A stretch of 60,274 nucleotides of DNA, from assembly GCA_044892525.1 (NCBI GenBank), contig CM097885.1, positions 47,927,727 to 47,988,000 of the forward strand. Reading direction: 5' to 3'. Within the stretch, counting starts at the first letter, position 1. Each line of letters opens with the position of its first letter. The translations under genes were made by a program, and so were the position numbers. Below the pieces are notes generated by a model, which saw only the letters and a list, made by a program, of their open reading frames with translations, did no database searches and had not been told where the DNA came from. Source of the stretch: Schmidtea polychroa (Eukaryota). Of this stretch, positions 1-11,817 are shown in pieces.

Positions 1-659
1 AATGTAAGTTAATTGCTTTTAAATCAATATAAATTTTAGCAATGATAGTTGACGCCGCATCAGAAACTAAGAAATACATCCAATTTGCAAGATGTATTCC
101 ATGAAATCACTATCAAATGGCCTGATGGAGAGATTAATTTTGAGATAGATTACCAACAGAAGAGCGAGAAAAATTTGTAAATTAAATATAATAGGGTTGG
201 GTGGGTCCTCTTTATCCCTTAATTAATATATATTTACAAGCTGATCGTCGTGGTGGGCGGTTGTAATCCAACTAGTGGGAGGCCTCTGTAAATATATATT
301 TGTGTTAGTGAAAACAATAATTAATTTGGTTATAGTGCCAATGACGCATGTATTTTGAAATTATACGTTTCGAATGTGCTGGTAGTTGACTACCCATGCT
401 AGGCGTAATGTTCCGTACGGAAAGCTATAATGCCCAGGTTCTTCTGACCCCACTTGGGGAAGGCACAGACGACCCTTGTGGACGCGAACAAATATCCACC
501 GTGTCTTTCAGGCACAGATATTTGGTCACTGCTCATTAGGCCTGGCAATACTAAATGCATACACTTTGCCTTGTCCTCTCTTGTCTTGATTTTTATCGTT
601 TAAATAGTATGTGTGATAGGTTTTATTTACTAACCATAATTAATATACCCTTGCGATAT

Positions 660-1257
660 GTTGAGTGTGAGTAGTACCTTTGTGAGCAATACCCATAGGG
701 GGACAGAATATTTTGTCGGATAGACTAGGAGTATATACACCCATGTTAAACAAGGTATGTGTATATAGAATGTGTGTGTAAAATTATCGCTCCTTATTGA
801 CAACTTCCTGTAAAGACAAACACAGAATACTGCAAACTTAATAATACTCTACCCCATAACTTAGTATGTAAAAATTATTTAAGGTTTTTTCACTAATAAT
901 AATAATTATAATAATAATAATGATAATAATAAAGTTTAATGGGTTGTATATGTGTGTAAAAAATATTTGAGGTTTTCACTAATATTGATAATAATAATGG
1001 TTTATGAGTGTTTTTATGTTTTTGACTAATATTTGCAATAATAATAATGGTTAATGGGTTGTGTGTGTGTGTGTGTGTGTGTGTAGAAAATATTTTAGGT
1101 TTTCACTAATATTGATAATAATAATTGTTAATGGGTTGTGTGTGTGTAAAAAAAAAAATTTTAAGTTTTTGACTAGTATTTGCAATAATAATAATATTGA
1201 TAATAATAATTGTTAATTGGTTGAGTGTGTGTTTTTATGTTTTTGACTAATATTTGC

Positions 1258-1332
<75 letters not shown>

Positions 1333-1432
1333 GTTTAATGGGTCGTGTAAAAAATATTTTAGGTTTTTCACTAATATTGATACAAATAATTGTTAATGGG
1401 TCGTGTGTGTAAACCATATTTTAGATTTTTTG

Positions 1433-1528
<96 letters not shown>

Positions 1529-1872
1529 TGAAATTGTATTTGAAAATTTAAAAAATAATAATATTTATGCAAAGCATGTGCAATAATTATGTCTTTGTTA
1601 ATTAAGTAAACTTTAGTGTCAAAATAAGTTTTTAAAATATTTTTAAATTTAAAATACCGCAACTTAATATATTTTTGTTCTACCCCTTCATTGATTTAAG
1701 TTGGTCAGAATTTAATAATAATTATATTATATCCTTTGAGACATGTTGAATGTGAGTAGTACACCTTTGACCATTACCCATATGAGCAATACCCATAAAG
1801 GGACAGAATATTTTGTCGGATAGATTAAGAGTATATATATTGATAATAATATTCCCCGTGCGCGTAATAATA

Positions 1873-1960
<88 letters not shown>

Positions 1961-2205
1961 TGAAATTGTATTTGAAAATGTTATGAACTGTGGAGATGAT
2001 GAATTTGAATGTGTTAATAAATTTTAGTTTGAGTGTATATTTAAAGTATAATATTTAGAATTTCTTTGTTAAAGTTTTGTCTTAAATATTTTTAGTAGTA
2101 ACTTTGTGAACAGTACCCATGTGACTTGTTGAGCGTGAGCAGTACTATGGTGAGCAGTACCCATAGGGGGACAGAATATCTTGTCGGATAGACTCGGTGT
2201 ATATA
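660..2205. repeat. Three dispersed copies of a TACCCATA(G)nACAGAATATTTTGTCGGATAGA module interleaved with (AAT)n and (GT)n microsatellites
   Basis: Copies near 690, 1790 and 2160; (AAT)n at ~1257-1330, 1433-1525, 1874-1956 and 2208-2267. Confidence 0.85.
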
Positions 2206-2207
2206 TG

Positions 2208-2270
<63 letters not shown>

Positions 2271-2408
2271 CTTAGAAAATAATAATATGTAATCAACGAT
2301 TTAAACAAAATTATATTATTACGTATTCTATAATTAAAACAGAAGAATTATATAATCAATGATTTAAACAAATTATATAATCATCGATAATTAAAACAAA
2401 ATTATTAA

Positions 2409-3250
2409 TTCTAAAAATATTTGGCATCGTTCTAAAAGTATGATGTAATCATTCTAAAAATATTAGGCATCGTTCTAAAAGTATGACGTAATCGCTCTAA
2501 AAATATTAGGCATCGTTCTAAAAGTATTTGGCATCGTTCTAAAAATATTAGGCATCGTTCTAAAAGTATGACGTAATCATTCTAAAAATATTAGGCATCA
2601 TTCTAAAAATATTAGGCATCGTTCTAAAAGTATGACGTAATCGTTCTAAAAATATTAGGCATCATTCTAAAATATTAGACATCATTCTAAAAATAATAGA
2701 CATCGTTCTAAAAATATTTGGCATCATTCTAAAATATTAGACATCATTCTAAAAATGTGATGAGTCATTGTCTTTGTTCTAAAAATGTGATGAGTCATCG
2801 TATGATAAAAATCTATATCTCATTAGAAAGTTCTTGCACAGAGCTTTAAAATAAGCTATCGATCAATATAATATGTTGGCGGGAACAATAATTTTTGGGA
2901 TGAAAAAAAGTAGGTCCCCGCTGGATCACTTAATAATATTTTGAAAAATAATAATAATTTAACGTTGAAAAGATGGTGGTCATCAATTGTTAATAACATT
3001 AAAACTATTAAAGATATATAAGATACCTATAACTCATTCGAAAGGTCTTGGACTGAGCTTGAAGATGAGGTATCGGTTAATAAAATTTGTTGGCGGGAAC
3101 ATTACTTTTGGGAAGAAAAAAAGTAGGTCCCCGCTGGATCACTTAATTTAAAAAAAATTACGTAATAGTTCTAAAAATATTAGGCATCGTTCTAAAAATA
3201 TTAGGCATTGATTACGTAATAGTTCTAAAAATATTAGGCATCGTTCTAAA
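2409..3250. repeat. Subterminal ~21-bp tandem repeats (TTCTAAAAATATTAGGCATCG) plus a duplicated ~60-bp block (2875-2933 / 3089-3147)
   Basis: Directly visible repeat units at 2409-2800 and 3160-3250. GTTGGCGGGAAC...AAGTAGGTCCCCGCTGGATCACTTAAT occurs twice. Confidence 0.9.
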
Positions 3251-3399
3251 AAAAAAATAAAATTTTTTCCCGGGGGGGGGAGGGGGTATATGTGATCTGG
3301 AGGGGACATGGTCTGGGGAGCTCACATCCTACTACTATTGTTTATTCATTATTTTAATCATTTATTGTCTATTAAACCACATTCTATTTTTTCGACTTG

Positions 3400-5103
3400 T
3401 TCTAATAGAATTTGAGAAAAACTAGGGCATTAAGCGAATTATCTGACAATCTTGAGCGAGTTTTTGGTACAAACATTTGTGCAAACTCAGAAAACTCGTT
3501 TTATATCAGAAAATGCTGGTTTAATACAAAGAAGAGCATCATTTAACTTATACAAATTATCGGTTCGCTTGCCAGTATTGCGAAAAAGAGTAAACTCCTG
3601 TTTCAGCCACTTGAACTTATCACTTGATCCGATTGTAGTCATTTGAGAACCTTTATTCAGTAACATGTGCAACTCATCTTGCAATGAAAGTTCTTTTGCA
3701 GTACCAGTTTTACTATTGAATTCATCATTTAGGGTTGAATCGGCGTCATTAGTTCCAAATAATTGTGATGATAAATTTCCAGCAAAATCAATTATGGATT
3801 TAGAAGAAATACTAGAAGGACCATTAATACTTTCGAATAAATTTGTCACATCATGATTCCATCTTTCGTCTATGCGCTTTTTGAGGTTGGCAAATAGTTC
3901 ACTGCTAATGTCAGAATTCAATTCTGAGAGCTTGCTATAAGTAAATTCAATAACTGTATCAGTTATCAAAAAAGTCGAATCCTGTCTACTAAGAACTTCA
4001 ACTGCGAGTTTGATTAGAGCCATAGCCATTCAAATTATTTATCATGTCCAAGTTATTCAATTCCGAGAACGTTTCAAATAATGTAAATTTCGTATTTAAA
4101 ATAGGCTCAGTCATTGTAGGAATCGAATTCCAACAGTGTTTAACATGCAAATGAAATTCAATGCCATGGCCGTGATGTAATTTGACTTTCTCTTGAAATT
4201 TATGATTACGAACCGTTGACATTTTGATAAATTTAACAAATTCCCGTGCTCTTTTTAGCAATTCATGAAAGTCAATGTTCTCATCAAATTGATCGTCAAG
4301 TATTTCCATATCTAATTCGTCAAAAGAATCCTCTTCGCTTGTATCAAGACTATCAAGATCACGTGTCGATTAAATTATCTCGCTTTTTATAAAGTTTATC
4401 ACAAACCGCTAAATGAATTGCATGATTAATACAAAATTGACCAACAGCGACCATTATTTTCATGTATTTCTTATTTACGGCTGCACCATCTTGCGTTGAA
4501 GCTACGATATCTCAATCTGATACTATACCAAATAATTTTAAATGATTCTTCACGCTATCTGCCATGCTTTCAGCAAGACACGATCCATAAATTCTCACGA
4601 GGCCTGTTTTAAAAGTTTTCTTTTCAATGCTGTCATGGACGTTTATACTGAAATATCTTCTGCCACAAACTGTTGTATACTCGTCAATAGTGATGAAAAA
4701 TTTTGCTCCTTGCTCGATTTTCGTCTTGATTTCTTTGGTCATTTCAGCCTTTTTGTCATAATAGTGATCAATAATTAACTTCACGACATCACTTTCATTG
4801 GCAGGAAGCTTGAATCCATCTCGCTGAATAGATTTTCATATATAATTATTTCTAGTTATTGCGCGGATAGTTATTTCGTCAGTAGCTAAGTCTGACACAA
4901 TTTCATTTAATGATTTCTTTTGAACAAAATTCAGCATTGTTTTTTCATTTTCTTATTTACTGGCTGATATGTATCTTGTGTATCTTCATCTTCGGCAAAA
5001 TTTCCATGAGATTTCAAATGGTTTCTCAAAGAAGTGTATGATCCTTTTGAGCATTCAATTGATTTCCTACAATGATAGCAAATACCGCTAATTTCCTTAG
5101 TAA
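3400..5103 (-). pseudogene. hAT transposase fossil (BED finger, catalytic core, dimerization domain)
   Basis: Minus-strand fragments: CYHC...GSYTSLRNHLKSH (BED finger, ~5000-5100), FFITIDEYT, HCWNSIPTM, LLCIKPAFSDIKRVF. Frameshifted. The 5' end is cut by the insert at 5104. Confidence 0.85.
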
Positions 5104-8100
5104 TGCTGGGGTGCTACTCGGTTGACTCCGATAAAACCTTCCAATTCACGTCTAGAGGATGGTGGTCTGTTACCCTAACGTCGTTCGCTTTTCTGTCAAC
5201 TTCGAGTAGTACTCCACACGATCTATATTCCAACATAATACCCATGAATTTCGTCACGTTGGTACTGCATTATGTCGGCGAGACATCAGAAAACAGATGA
5301 GCCCCTGCCTTAGGACTACTCTTTCCTGAAGCCTCGACTTTCCTTTACCTGACTGCCGATAGAAGGTCTTACGTCTTACTACTCCACATCTACACTCGAT
5401 GCTTCACCGTTCTCTGAGTTCATTACCAGTCGTATCCGATTCGAAGATTTCAGTCAACAAAACAATTCCTTTATGGTAGTGGAAAAGAAAATAACAACAC
5501 AAAAACCAATGAATTGAACGAAAAACATTTATTGAATTGCCAATATACACCAAAACGTAGACGTTACAAACCAACAATTAACTACATCATATTGATCACA
5601 AGAGTCAGGGCTAGTTAAAGGTTAGCCTGCTCAAGAGTATTGTGTCACTTTTCCCATTCAGATTCCGCCAACAAGGCCTCCAAATCGAAAAACTCGGAAG
5701 CATTCTCTTTCCAAGTCGCTGAGATAATTCGACCCTGAATTCCGGAGTTCACAGTGGTCGCGGGAGCAACACTACATTCCGTCGGCTCGATAGATGCGAC
5801 ACGCTTCTTCTCCTTTTCGGCGGCTCGTTCTTTTTGTTTTCACTTCCGTTCGGCTCGGGATAACTGTCGCCGTTTGGCTTTGGACGAGGAATTGATAATA
5901 GGGGGTGCATTGGATGTTGAAACATTCTTCGGATTCACCCTACTGGTGCCCGTAAAGATGACTTCGTTGGGCGTAGGCGAGAGCTCTGCCTCTACGCACC
6001 CTTGACACGACTTCTCTGAGGTTCGCGGCCTATCCGGAGCCTGATCGTGATGAATGGGGAATACATTATCCTCCTCGGTTATTGGGATGCTTACAATCTT
6101 TCGGGTCATTGATGCTTGTAGGTATACCTTATGAAGAGCCTCTGACTGCTCCTTGATGAGGCTACGCTGTGATCTGCTCTCGGCGGTTAGGCTATCGCGG
6201 CAATGCTCGCTTCGATATAATTTCTTTCGGACCTCCTTCATTTGCACGGGGCTAAACCAAGTGCCCTCCAGTTCATCGATCTTGCGCTTAAGCAGCCCAA
6301 TTTGTGCTTGCAACCCCTTGATGGCCGCATTCTTATCGGTGCATGAAAGCAAGGCTTGAGCGAATTCTTGGTGACTGAGTTCATGGGTGTTAACTATAAA
6401 TAAAAGAAAAACATATAAAGAGTGGCCATCTGCGATCCACCTCATTCGTAGGCCGACCGCGCATATTAATAAACCATCTAACTGCATAAGAGCTTGTTCG
6501 ATACTTTTAATCGTTAGAGTTTACGCAACCGAAATGTCATCGATGCTACAACAAGAGAAATTCCCCTTCCAGACGATCAATAAGGCTGCATTACCCATGT
6601 CCTAGCGCTGTTATATATTAGGCAAGGGTCGCCCAAAAAATTGATATTGCCGTATCCCTTATTCATCTTGCTCCTCTAAGATAAGTTGAGGTTTCCCTAC
6701 CTATGACGGTTACATTTGTAATTATTAACGCTTATACTGGGGTTGGTATTCATTGAAATCATCATGAATTAAAATTAATAACCAAAAATATAACAGATAA
6801 AGTAATTTACTCCTAATTTATGAATTATTTATTTTTATCGGCGAATGATTTAGTCTCAGAATAAATCCAATTAACAAAAATGCCCATTTAATAAACTCAT
6901 AAACCGTAATTTGTCATTTGTAGACTTAATGATTAACATGATATTCGTCGCATGAATACAATTAGAGATACGATATGTTCAGATTTTTGATAACTATTAT
7001 ATTCTCATTCATTAACGGGTGATCATTCACAGCCCCCATGGTCGGAATCCGAGATAACTACGGAATTATGCTTGTGCTTATTGCCATTACTTTTCTAAGT
7101 GGATATTCACACGAATTTAATTACACTATTTGGGCTATCACTAGACGCAAACGGCAGTTGTTATCTCATCGGCGTCGACTTATTCATGTGGATTATGTCA
7201 TCAAAATCACCATGCCGCATGCCCATCTGACTCAGTCAACTTGCCTTCATTATCTGCGTTTCGCATGCTACTGGTATGTAAATTTTATCTCAGTGTGGTT
7301 AAGTGTCTAAGAAAAATCATGGGAAATCGATGCCTGTGGATTATGTGATCTATTATCGTTTATTTGTGGATTGTCCAATGCACTTTTACGTCGTTGTTTC
7401 CCGAACCTGTATCATGCCTAATTGGGATTATTCTCAGGAATGTCTCGGACTTCATGAAGAACTCACTCTGGCTGTACGATGACTACTCAATCTCATGATA
7501 TCCTAAAGATTATTAACAGGCGAAAGAAAAATGGGTCATCCCCGAAAGTAGATTAAATTTTGATCTTTGTTGGTAAATAAAATTTACATAAAACGACTTT
7601 TGGTGTCTTTTCCTCAGGTGGTTGTATTATAATGAGGCGATATAAAACTTTAATCCAACTAATTTAAATAAACCTATGAGAACAGTGATAGGTGAGACAG
7701 AATTTGCAGAGTTGTGATGAACTAAAAAATGTTGGCACGACCTTGATTTGGCATTGTAGTATGAATATACGGCTGAAAATGGATGCGATTTGCGGTGTAA
7801 CTGTAGTTTGTGAAAGTGCCCTAAATCAAATGTCGTTCTGACAGAAATCTAACTTTAGCTTACCGAGTAATTCTAAAATATAATTCACCCTGGCCGAGTT
7901 TTTGTGTTCGAAATGCATGATACGAAAGATAGGATAAAGTGACGAGTCGTGCGAGAAGATTTCGAGTCGGAAATTATTCCAAAAAATTCGTTAAGGAGTC
8001 TTTAATCGCGAAAGGTGTGTGGAACCCTCAATCACTGCTCAGACCTACTCATGACATTTCCTGCCTCCTGCATTTTGATGATACTTTCGCTTTCTAATAT

Positions 8101-8280
8101 CCCGTATCGACTTTATTTATACAATAGTGTCTACCACTAGTTTGCGCACCTTCAGCGACGGACCCGTGGAGAAGCCTCCAGATTTCGGCCCGAAATCAGC
8201 TGCTTGACCGAAATGCCCCATACCCACCGGCTGAGCACCCGAAGGCTCCTCACACCATGGTAAGTGGCATTTCAGCTCCA
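5104..8280. mobile_element. Unclassified GC-richer insertion, element X1 (possibly a giant solo LTR or non-autonomous element)
   Basis: Abrupt GC increase interrupting the hAT BED finger. Starts TG and ends near ...AGCTCCA. Perfect hairpin GATTTCGG-C-CCGAAATC at 8181-8197. Shares motifs with 14190-16640. No TSD found; right boundary approximate. Confidence 0.55.
5645..6540 (-). CDS. Two-exon ~254-aa gene inside X1 (coiled coil, basic patch, acidic C-tail) with one in-frame TGA at 5840
   Basis: TATATAA at 6611-6617; exon 1 6540-6525 (MTFRL); GT..AG intron 6524-6394, phase matches; exon 2 6393-5645. The frame continues past the TGA as KQKERAAEKEKKR...FFDLEALLAESEWEK*. AATAAA at 5528-5533. Confidence 0.6.
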
Positions 8281-8572
8281 CGTTACTCAATAATTTCATA
8301 ACAAAAATCATATTATATAAATTCTCATTCGAAAAATAATTACTAAAAATCCTAGAGAATAAATCGTTTTCCATCAAAAATAATTACTAAGATTCATAAT
8401 GGAATAAATGATTAAATATCTATCGAGTGAAAAAGGAAAGTCGATTCATTAATAATTAAAAATTTTAATTTGCATTACAAACATTTTACATTACTAATAC
8501 TTTTACTAAAACTTTCTATACATAAAACTAAATCAAATAAAATGCAAATTTACCAAATCTATCCATCCAAAA

Positions 8573-9199
8573 TGTCTGTAGAATAAAAGGTACCGAGTCC
8601 CAAATTCTGGTGTGAATAATAAATCAAGTAAATCGACGAGTGATTTGCGGGCTGATTCTGATTGCTGTTCCTAATTATATCCTGAAGCTGTACTGATTGT
8701 GAATAGTTTCGATGATCTAAATAGTCGTATTGGTTAACACTGCATTTTAAGATATCATATCCTTACCTAAATAGTCGTATTGGTTAACACTGAAATTTTT
8801 GTTTCAGTGTCCGCCTTATATACTTATTGTTGAATGTGTGCGGGCCAATCAGAATTGAGGCGCCGTTTAATTATTTATTTTAATTTTATTTCTGTTTTTT
8901 TGTTAATTTTCTTATTTTTTCTTTATTTTTCCTATATTTTTTATTTATTTCTTAAATTTCTTATTAACTATTTGATTTTTGTGTTATTTTCCTTCTTTCT
9001 CTCGTTTTTCCTATCTTAGGTTTTTTATTTTTATTTTTTGTTTTAATTTTCGTTGTTTAATTCATTATTTTATCTCTATTATGTTTCCTATTTTATTTTT
9101 AATTTTTTAATCTATTTTTCTGAGTTGTTTCTAATGTTTTTATTATTTCTTAATGTTACTTTCTTGTTTTTCTCGTTTTTATTTCAATCTAGCCCAACA
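8573..9199 (-). mobile_element. LTR-like fragment (minus strand)
   Basis: Begins TGTTGGGCT on the minus strand, followed by an A-rich U3-like stretch, then CCAAT and TATATAAGG. Same layout as the solo LTRs at 31564 and 47362. No TSD confirmed. Confidence 0.45.
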
Positions 9200-9485
9200 G
9201 TAATTTTATCTTCAATTTTTGTCGCATAATCCCAAATCATGTGTGAAAAAATAAATTAAATAAGAATGCTACACAAAGTAACAACATAATTATCAAATAC
9301 TTACTTGTTTAATCTCATATTTTATGCATAAATTAAATATAAATAGCTATCACAAATATTTTTCAATCAGAACAAAATCAAAACATTGAAAAACTGAAAA
9401 ACTCGAATTATTCAAATTTATCAATTTATCAAAAATATCAATCAAATCAAATTCCATTTTATTTCAAAATTGTAAATTATGTAAC

Positions 9486-10155
9486 TAGGACTTCTCAAAC
9501 GGGATCCCGGGATCTCCGCTTAATTAAAAAATATTATAGAGATGGCACTAAATTTTCGGTTTAGGTTTATATCTAAGGTAGACAGAATTAATTGATTTAT
9601 TGGCCACATTCAGCGTACTGGTTGTATAATGCTAAGTACAATATATAGACTATTTTCTATACAATTAGGGAGGATTGCCTTCATTACTAGTGCTGTGCTA
9701 ACTATTGATGATGATGCATCACATACTCATAATTTCATTATTATTACACGTTAAATGACCATCCGATCAACATCGGTTGAATCTGAAAGAGCTTTTTCTG
9801 CTGCTGGTTTATTTGTCACAAAAATTCGGTCATCATTAAGTGATAGCTCTATTAATTATTTGTGCTTTTTAAAATACTTTTTTAAAAATAATTAATTAAA
9901 ATAATTACCCTCTATTATCCAACACATCGTTTTGTTTATTTGTTTTTGTTAATTATTTTGTATTTTATGTTTGTTTTTTTAATTAAAACTGATATTTTTG
10001 TTTGAAAACAGATGGTATATTATTTTTCTATTTATAAGATAATTTTTTTTAATTTGTATTTATAAAAAAATTCCGGGATCCTGGTATCCTGGGAATATAA
10101 ATTTTTTTATCCCGGAATTCTGGGATGTAAAAGTTGCGGGAAATGAGAAGCCCTA
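9486..10155 (+). mobile_element. Internally deleted hAT transposon
   Basis: TIRs TAGGACTTCTCA / TGAGAAGCCCTA; perfect 8-bp TSD TATGTAAC (9478-9485, 10156-10163). Carries the dimerization-domain remnant TSVESERAFSAAGLFVTKIRSSLSD. Confidence 0.92.
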
Positions 10156-10974
10156 TATGTAACTAATTACATTTTTTTGCTTCTGATTTTCCCTAATGGG
10201 CAAAAAACGGAAAACGATATCCAAAAACAGCCGTTTTTCCGTTTTCGTTAACGATTTCAGAAACCCGACTTTCACATCTTTGTTGAAAAGTTTTACAAAC
10301 TTCTCCACCTTAATTCCAAATAATTTATCCAAATTTTTAATTTAGCAGTATACTTTAGTCCCAAGTGATTTGTCATTATGTTGACATAAGGCCAGTGGAA
10401 GGTGGGTATAATGTGTGACCCCATGCAGACTCTAGGCGGAAAATAACCGAAGATATTTTATTTTCTATGAATCTTTATTTTACAAACTTTTCCAAATATA
10501 ATATAATATATTTTCCCTTCGTGGTTTATAAATAGAAAAAAGCACTCAAAAAATTTTCAAGTTGGTATTTCACACTTTAATATTTGTCATAGCAATTAGG
10601 AAATAATAGAAAGCCAAATTGAGAAAATTATTAATCAGTTTCTGTATGATCCTATATAATAATCTATTATCTCTAGAAATGAAAGGTGGCAATTTGAAGT
10701 TTTCACACGTTTTAGCACACTTTCCTAGCATTGGGCCTGATTTACATAATCAATTTTCTGGTAATTACGTTTTTCTTGCAATTCCTTTGACTTGTCAACT
10801 TATTATAAATTAAAAATGACAAATGACATATGAAATTTAGTATATAATTAATTATGTTTCATTTAATTAATTTTTTGATCTACATTTAATTATTTAAATT
10901 TTCATTTTAAAAAACAAATTCAAAAGCCGAAATTTTATTGGCTGCACACAAAACAAAGAAATTACAAAATTGAA

Positions 10975-11817
10975 ATGCAATCTGAGAGTTCGTTTATGGA
11001 TGATCCAATTTTTGATATTCATTTGGAAGAATATATTTTAAATAATAGTTGTCAGTTAAATAATCATCCAAACGAAAGGTATTTTTCCTTCTGAATCAAT
11101 GCGTAACTCTGTCCAAATATAATTTTAGAATTATCTTTAAAGAATTACCAAATCCAATCAAAACGGAACAAATTATTTATAGAAATAGTTTTTCAACAAA
11201 TTTATACAAGAATTCAAATTCAGAAAATAACACAGACATTTATTCTCACTTATTTGATGAAAATTATGATTTAAAAACTGAAAATTCTACTTTAAATTTG
11301 GATTCTATTCCGAATTTTTTAACCGAACATGATAACCAAACTGAAGGTTCTATTTACAAATATAAAGATTCAAAACCAGGTTTTAATATGCAAGAAAGAC
11401 TATTAAAAAGAATTCAAAACGAAGATAAAAGAACAAATTCCATGAATTATAGAAATAAACCTTTGAATAAAAAAGCAGTGAAAATAATGGAAAAGTGGTA
11501 TATGAAACATATTGACTATCCATATCCAAATAATAAACAAAAAGAAATATTGGCATCACAAGGGATAATTTCAATAGCTCAAGTATATCCTTTCCACGAT
11601 TATATTGTTATCTCATTGCGTTTGAATTTAGGTCAACTCCTGGTTTGCCAATCGGCGTAATAGAAGTGACAACACAAAACCGAAAAAAAATCGGAAATAT
11701 TTGGAATCTCATTTAATGAGTTTTGCTTCTCAATTAGAAACTGAAAGTTGTGGCATTTTAAAAGCCAATTCAATATCTAAAAGATTAACAGATATTCTGA
11801 ATGAATATCAATACTAG
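10975..11817 (+). CDS. TALE-class homeobox gene, 3 exons, 247 aa (resembles spiralian-specific TALE/SPILE genes)
   Basis: Exons 10975-11078, 11129-11582 and 11632-11817; GT-AG introns of 50 and 49 nt, all in frame. Homeodomain YRNKPLNKKAVKIMEKWYMKHIDYPYPNNKQKEILASQGIISIAQ|VNSWFANRRNRS contains the TALE PYP motif. Confidence 0.9.

Larger units (their letters stand above)
1..3336. mobile_element. Right arm/terminus of a Polinton (Maverick) element, family A
   Basis: Ends in ...CTCACATCCTACTACT at 3336 (reverse complement AGTAGTAG..., the canonical Polinton terminus). Preceded by a G-rich tract, 21-bp subterminal tandem repeats and a repeat-rich non-coding arm. Different sequence (hAT fossil) starts immediately after. 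Left extent is uncertain. Confidence 0.7.

Noticed and set aside
1393..2308. Poly-Ile ORFs (also the poly-Tyr ORF at 46682 and IY-repeat ORFs at 32895-33172 and 37486-37741)
   Set aside because: Translations of microsatellites.
2409..2800. CRISPR-like array
   Set aside because: Units are contiguous with no unique spacers, the context is eukaryotic, and there are no cas genes.
5290..5310. Hammerhead ribozyme core (CAGATGAG)
   Set aside because: Lacks CUGA and a properly placed GAAA with helices; the X2 copy reads CAGGTGAG.
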